The notes under the pieces: generated by a model
What the model was told of the DNA's origin: nothing
The model's input: only the letters and a program-made list of their open reading frames with translations
Database searches by the model: none
Part shown: positions 61,135 to 64,000 of the stretch, piece after piece
Position numbering within the stretch: the first letter of the stretch is position 1
Layout: each line of letters starts with the position of its first letter
Program-made: the position numbers and the translations under genes
Source: an uncultured Acidobacteriota bacterium
Lineage (GTDB): Bacteria > Acidobacteriota > Vicinamibacteria > Fen-336
NCBI GenBank assembly: GCA_963720545.1
Contig: OY970399.1
Span: forward strand, 2,438,908-2,502,907
Direction: 5' to 3'
Length of the DNA stretch: 64,000 nt

Positions 61135-61614
61135 TCATTTGCCACGTCGTGCCGCCTCGATGGCGGCGATGTCGATCTTCTTCATCGGCATCATCGCCTC
61201 GAAAGCACGCTGTGCCTCGGCACCCCCGGCCGCCATCGCGTCGGTCAGCACACGCGGCGTGATTTGCCAGGAGAGGCCCCAGCGATCCTTGCACCAGCCG
61301 CACTGGCTCTCCTGCCCGCCGTTGCCAACAATCGCGTTCCAGTAGCGGTCGGTCTCTTCCTGGGTATCGGTCGCGATCTGGAATGAAAAGGCCTCGCTGT
61401 GCTTGAACTCGGGGCCGCCGTTCAGCCCGAGACAAGGAATGCCCACAACGGTGAACTCCACCGTCAAGACTTCGCCCTCTTTGCCTCCCGGATAGTCGCC
61501 CGGCGCCTTGCGCACGGCGGTCACCTTGCTGTCTGGAAAAGTAGCGGCGTAGAAACGTGCCGCCTCCTCCGCGTCCTTGTTGAACCAGAGACAAATCGTG
61601 TTCTTTGGCGTCAT
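61135..61614 (-). CDS. VOC/PhnB-like (glyoxalase-bleomycin resistance fold) protein
   Basis: 159 aa with a PhnB-like pattern (ICLWF...AEEAARFY...). The ORF track extension upstream is rejected. Confidence 0.65.
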   Translation of the reverse strand: MTPKNTICLWFNKDAEEAARFYAATFPDSKVTAVRKAPGDYPGGKEGEVLTVEFTVVGIPCLGLNGGPEFKHSEAFSFQIATDTQEETDRYWNAIVGNGGQESQCGWCKDRWGLSWQITPRVLTDAMAAGGAEAQRAFEAMMPMKKIDIAAIEAARRGK

Positions 61615-61894
61615 GCAGTGCGCTCCTTTGCGTTTCGACCAGAATCCCAGATTCGCCCGTTGAATTCCAGGCCCGCTTGCGGATGTGCGATCGATGAGCG
61701 TGAGAGACATTCTTTTGCTTCTGGTCGCTGCCGTTGTTCCTGACCAAAGAGTCGAGGCGCAGCCGCGGCGCATCGAGGAGGCATCTTTCGTCAGGATCGG
61801 CGGCATCGAGCAGTGGGTGGCGATCCGCGGGGACGACGACCGCAAGCCCGTGCTGCTCCTCACCAGTCGCACGTCATCGGCGCGTTGCAGCAGA

Positions 61895-64000
61895 TCAACC
61901 CGTAAGGATCTCGACGTAGCCGTCCGTTCCGTTGACGCGGATCCGTTGCCCGTCCCGGATCAGCACAGTGGCACGCTCCACCCCTACGACGGCGGCCAGG
62001 CCGTACTCGCGTGCGATCACGGCGCCGTGTGTCATGAGGCCTCCGACCTCCGTCACCAGGCCCTTGATGCCGACGAACAGCGGCGTCCAGCTGGGGTCCG
62101 TGTAAGCCGTGACCAGAATGTCGCCCGCTTCGAGATCCGCTTTTGCGACGTCCAGGATCACGCGGGCGCGCCCCGTGACGGTCCCCGCGGAAACCGCTAA
62201 GCCCACCAGCGCTCCAGGCGGCAAGGCGTCGCGTCGATACGAGGCAGCGAGGACCTCGCCGTCCGACGTCATCACGCGCGGCGGGGTGAGCGCTTGATAC
62301 GACCGGAAAGCTACCTTGCGTTCGCGGATCAGCTCGTCATGCGCAGCCCGGCCGGTGCGCACGACGTCGTGCAGCTCCTGGAACCTTAGGTAGAAGGCGT
62401 CTTCCTTCTTGCCGAGCACGTGGGACTGCACGAGGCGTTCCGCTTCCTGCATCAAGGCTTGCTTGTAAAGGAAAGTGCGGCTGACCAAACCGTACTTCGG
62501 ATACTCCCGGTAGCCGATGAACGTCCGGACGCGGTCGATCATCCGCTTGGTCTCTTCGGCCTTTTGCTCCCCGTTCGGCAAGGCTCGCAAGCGTGCAAGC
62601 ACTTCCTGCTCCTTTCTCGCGGCCGCCTGCAGTCCTTCTTCGAAACGCCGCTTGCCTGCGCCAGGCTCGAACTTCCTCACGTTGCCGAGGATCATGGGCA
62701 CGAGCATGGCGGGACGTTCGTTCCAGCGCGGCCTCGTGATGTCGATCTCGCCGGGGCCGCGCATGCCGTACTTGTCGAGCCAGGCCCGGATCGCATCTCG
62801 CGCTTCCGGTCCGCCTCCAAGTCTGGCCATGTCCTCGAGGAAGCCGTCACCGTCCTGGTCGCGTTGCAAGTTCTGAAGAAAAGCCACCACTTCGGGGTGC
62901 GGACGGATCGCGTCCGCAACATCCAGCAGCGCCAGCCCCATCTCCGACGTGACGTTGTTGGCGACGGACTGGGTAAGCGTGTCGGCCGCGTTTTTCTCGC
63001 CGAGCCACGTTTGCAGATGCTCGTTGAGCCACCCGGTCGCGTCGATCGCCGCCATGAATACCTGGCTGCTTCGCGGATCGAACAGGATCCGCTTCAGCTC
63101 CTGCAGGTCCGCGACAATGAAGTCGAGCAGCGCCGCTCCGGATTTGCCCTGGATGTCGCGCTTCAGGGTAGCGACCGATGCCTGGTTACGGCCGATCAGT
63201 TCGCCAACGATGGCCGAATCGGTTTCGATCGGAGCCGGCGCAGCAGCCGCCCCGCTGGCACCCGCGTCCAGCAGCGGCCGAATGAAGCCGCGTTCGAGGA
63301 CTGTATTGAGCGCATCACCGATCAGCGGATCGTGGTTGCCTACCATCTGGAGAAAGGCCGCGCGGCTCGCCGACGACGCCAGACGCGGAGCGACATCGAC
63401 GAACAGTCTCCCGCCGGCCTCGTGCATCGTCCCCGCGGCTATCAACTGGTGGAGCGACAACCCCAGCGGCTTCATCGCGTCCGTCATCATTTGCTGGTGC
63501 CCGACGGAAAGGTAGACGTGGTTCTCCTGGTCCGCGACTACAGGAATGGGAAACAGTGTCGTGATCGGCCGGCTCTGGACGACCTGGAAGTCATCGTCGA
63601 CCAGGCACCACTCGATGTCCTGCGGCAGGCCGAAGTGCGCTTCGATTCGCCGGCCCAGCTGCACGAGCCGCACCACCTGCGTATCTGTCAGTGCGGGCTT
63701 GCCGGCAACCGACCTGGCAAAGACGTCGCCGTCCCGCACCTTGTACACGTCGGCGTTGACCAGGCCGGAGACCAGCGACTCGCCGAGGCCGAGAGTCGCC
63801 TCCACCGAGGCGACTCTCCGGTTGCCGGTGACTGGATCGGCGGTGAACAGGATGCCGGCCGCCTGCGCGAGGACCATCTGCTGCACGACAACGGCCATCT
63901 GCACCTTGCGGTGATCGAAGCCGTTCCGCAGGCGATACGTCACGGCCCGGTCGGTGAAGAGCGACGCCCAGCACCGGCTGAGGTGCTCGAGGATCGCCTC
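61895..64000 (-). CDS. PEP-utilising enzyme family protein, rifampicin phosphotransferase/PpsA-like; N-terminus lies beyond the window
   Basis: C-terminal swivel phosphohistidine domain (GGLMTHGAVIAREYGLAAVVG). ATP-grasp region at the window edge. The frame stays open upstream of the first in-window start. No TIM-barrel PEP/pyruvate domain is present. Confidence 0.8.
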   Translation of the reverse strand, partial: EAILEHLSRCWASLFTDRAVTYRLRNGFDHRKVQMAVVVQQMVLAQAAGILFTADPVTGNRRVASVEATLGLGESLVSGLVNADVYKVRDGDVFARSVAGKPALTDTQVVRLVQLGRRIEAHFGLPQDIEWCLVDDDFQVVQSRPITTLFPIPVVADQENHVYLSVGHQQMMTDAMKPLGLSLHQLIAAGTMHEAGGRLFVDVAPRLASSASRAAFLQMVGNHDPLIGDALNTVLERGFIRPLLDAGASGAAAAPAPIETDSAIVGELIGRNQASVATLKRDIQGKSGAALLDFIVADLQELKRILFDPRSSQVFMAAIDATGWLNEHLQTWLGEKNAADTLTQSVANNVTSEMGLALLDVADAIRPHPEVVAFLQNLQRDQDGDGFLEDMARLGGGPEARDAIRAWLDKYGMRGPGEIDITRPRWNERPAMLVPMILGNVRKFEPGAGKRRFEEGLQAAARKEQEVLARLRALPNGEQKAEETKRMIDRVRTFIGYREYPKYGLVSRTFLYKQALMQEAERLVQSHVLGKKEDAFYLRFQELHDVVRTGRAAHDELIRERKVAFRSYQALTPPRVMTSDGEVLAASYRRDALPPGALVGLAVSAGTVTGRARVILDVAKADLEAGDILVTAYTDPSWTPLFVGIKGLVTEVGGLMTHGAVIAREYGLAAVVGVERATVLIRDGQRIRVNGTDGYVEILTG

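Overview
This is a 64-kb chromosomal segment with very high GC (about 70%) and dense coding. I support about 65 protein-coding genes; I found no rRNA, tRNA or CRISPR array. Several hallmarks suggest an Acidobacteria-like soil bacterium: a PadR regulator next to an FtsX/MacB-type permease, VWA proteins, HAF-repeat and FG-GAP surface proteins, and many TPR-containing secreted proteins. This origin is an inference. Housekeeping content includes the ATP synthase F0 genes atpB, atpE and atpF without F1 genes, rel (RelA/SpoT), rpmB, trxA, efp, acnA, mogA, a CobB-type sirtuin, an M1 aminopeptidase and an FGE. Accessory content includes: (1) a RES toxin with an Xre/DUF2384 antitoxin, forming a type II toxin-antitoxin pair with a palindromic operator in its promoter. 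(2) A signalling cluster built around a 1348-aa REC-less fusion of CheB methylesterase, CheR methyltransferase, PAS domains and a HisKA_3 histidine kinase. This protein carries eight perfect EE[L/M] heptads that resemble MCP methylation helices. Beside it lie a divergent NarL-type response regulator, a second REC-less CheB and an orphan kinase. (3) A complete sulfur-acquisition locus: Rrf2 regulator, YezD-like protein, OprO/P-type porin, then sbp and cysTWA, with an adjacent Cys-type sulfatase and an alpha/beta hydrolase. (4) A small Cys-rich protein upstream of a TolC-like lipoprotein and a multicopper oxidase (copper-type). (5) Two tandem secreted proteins sharing a novel C-terminal domain that ends in R[IV]WIE, followed by a Tyr/Arg-rich tandem-repeat protein and paired VWA proteins. 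(6) A DUF2156 protein (Lys-tRNA-dependent transferase fold) directly upstream of efp, whose modification-loop tip appears to be Arg. (7) An operon in which a secreted protein gene overlaps a LytS-type kinase, followed by a LytTR regulator. Many adjacent genes overlap by 4 nt (ATGA, GTGA or TTGA). Coordinates from hand-derived start codons may be off by 1-2 nt; gene ends taken from the ORF track are reliable.
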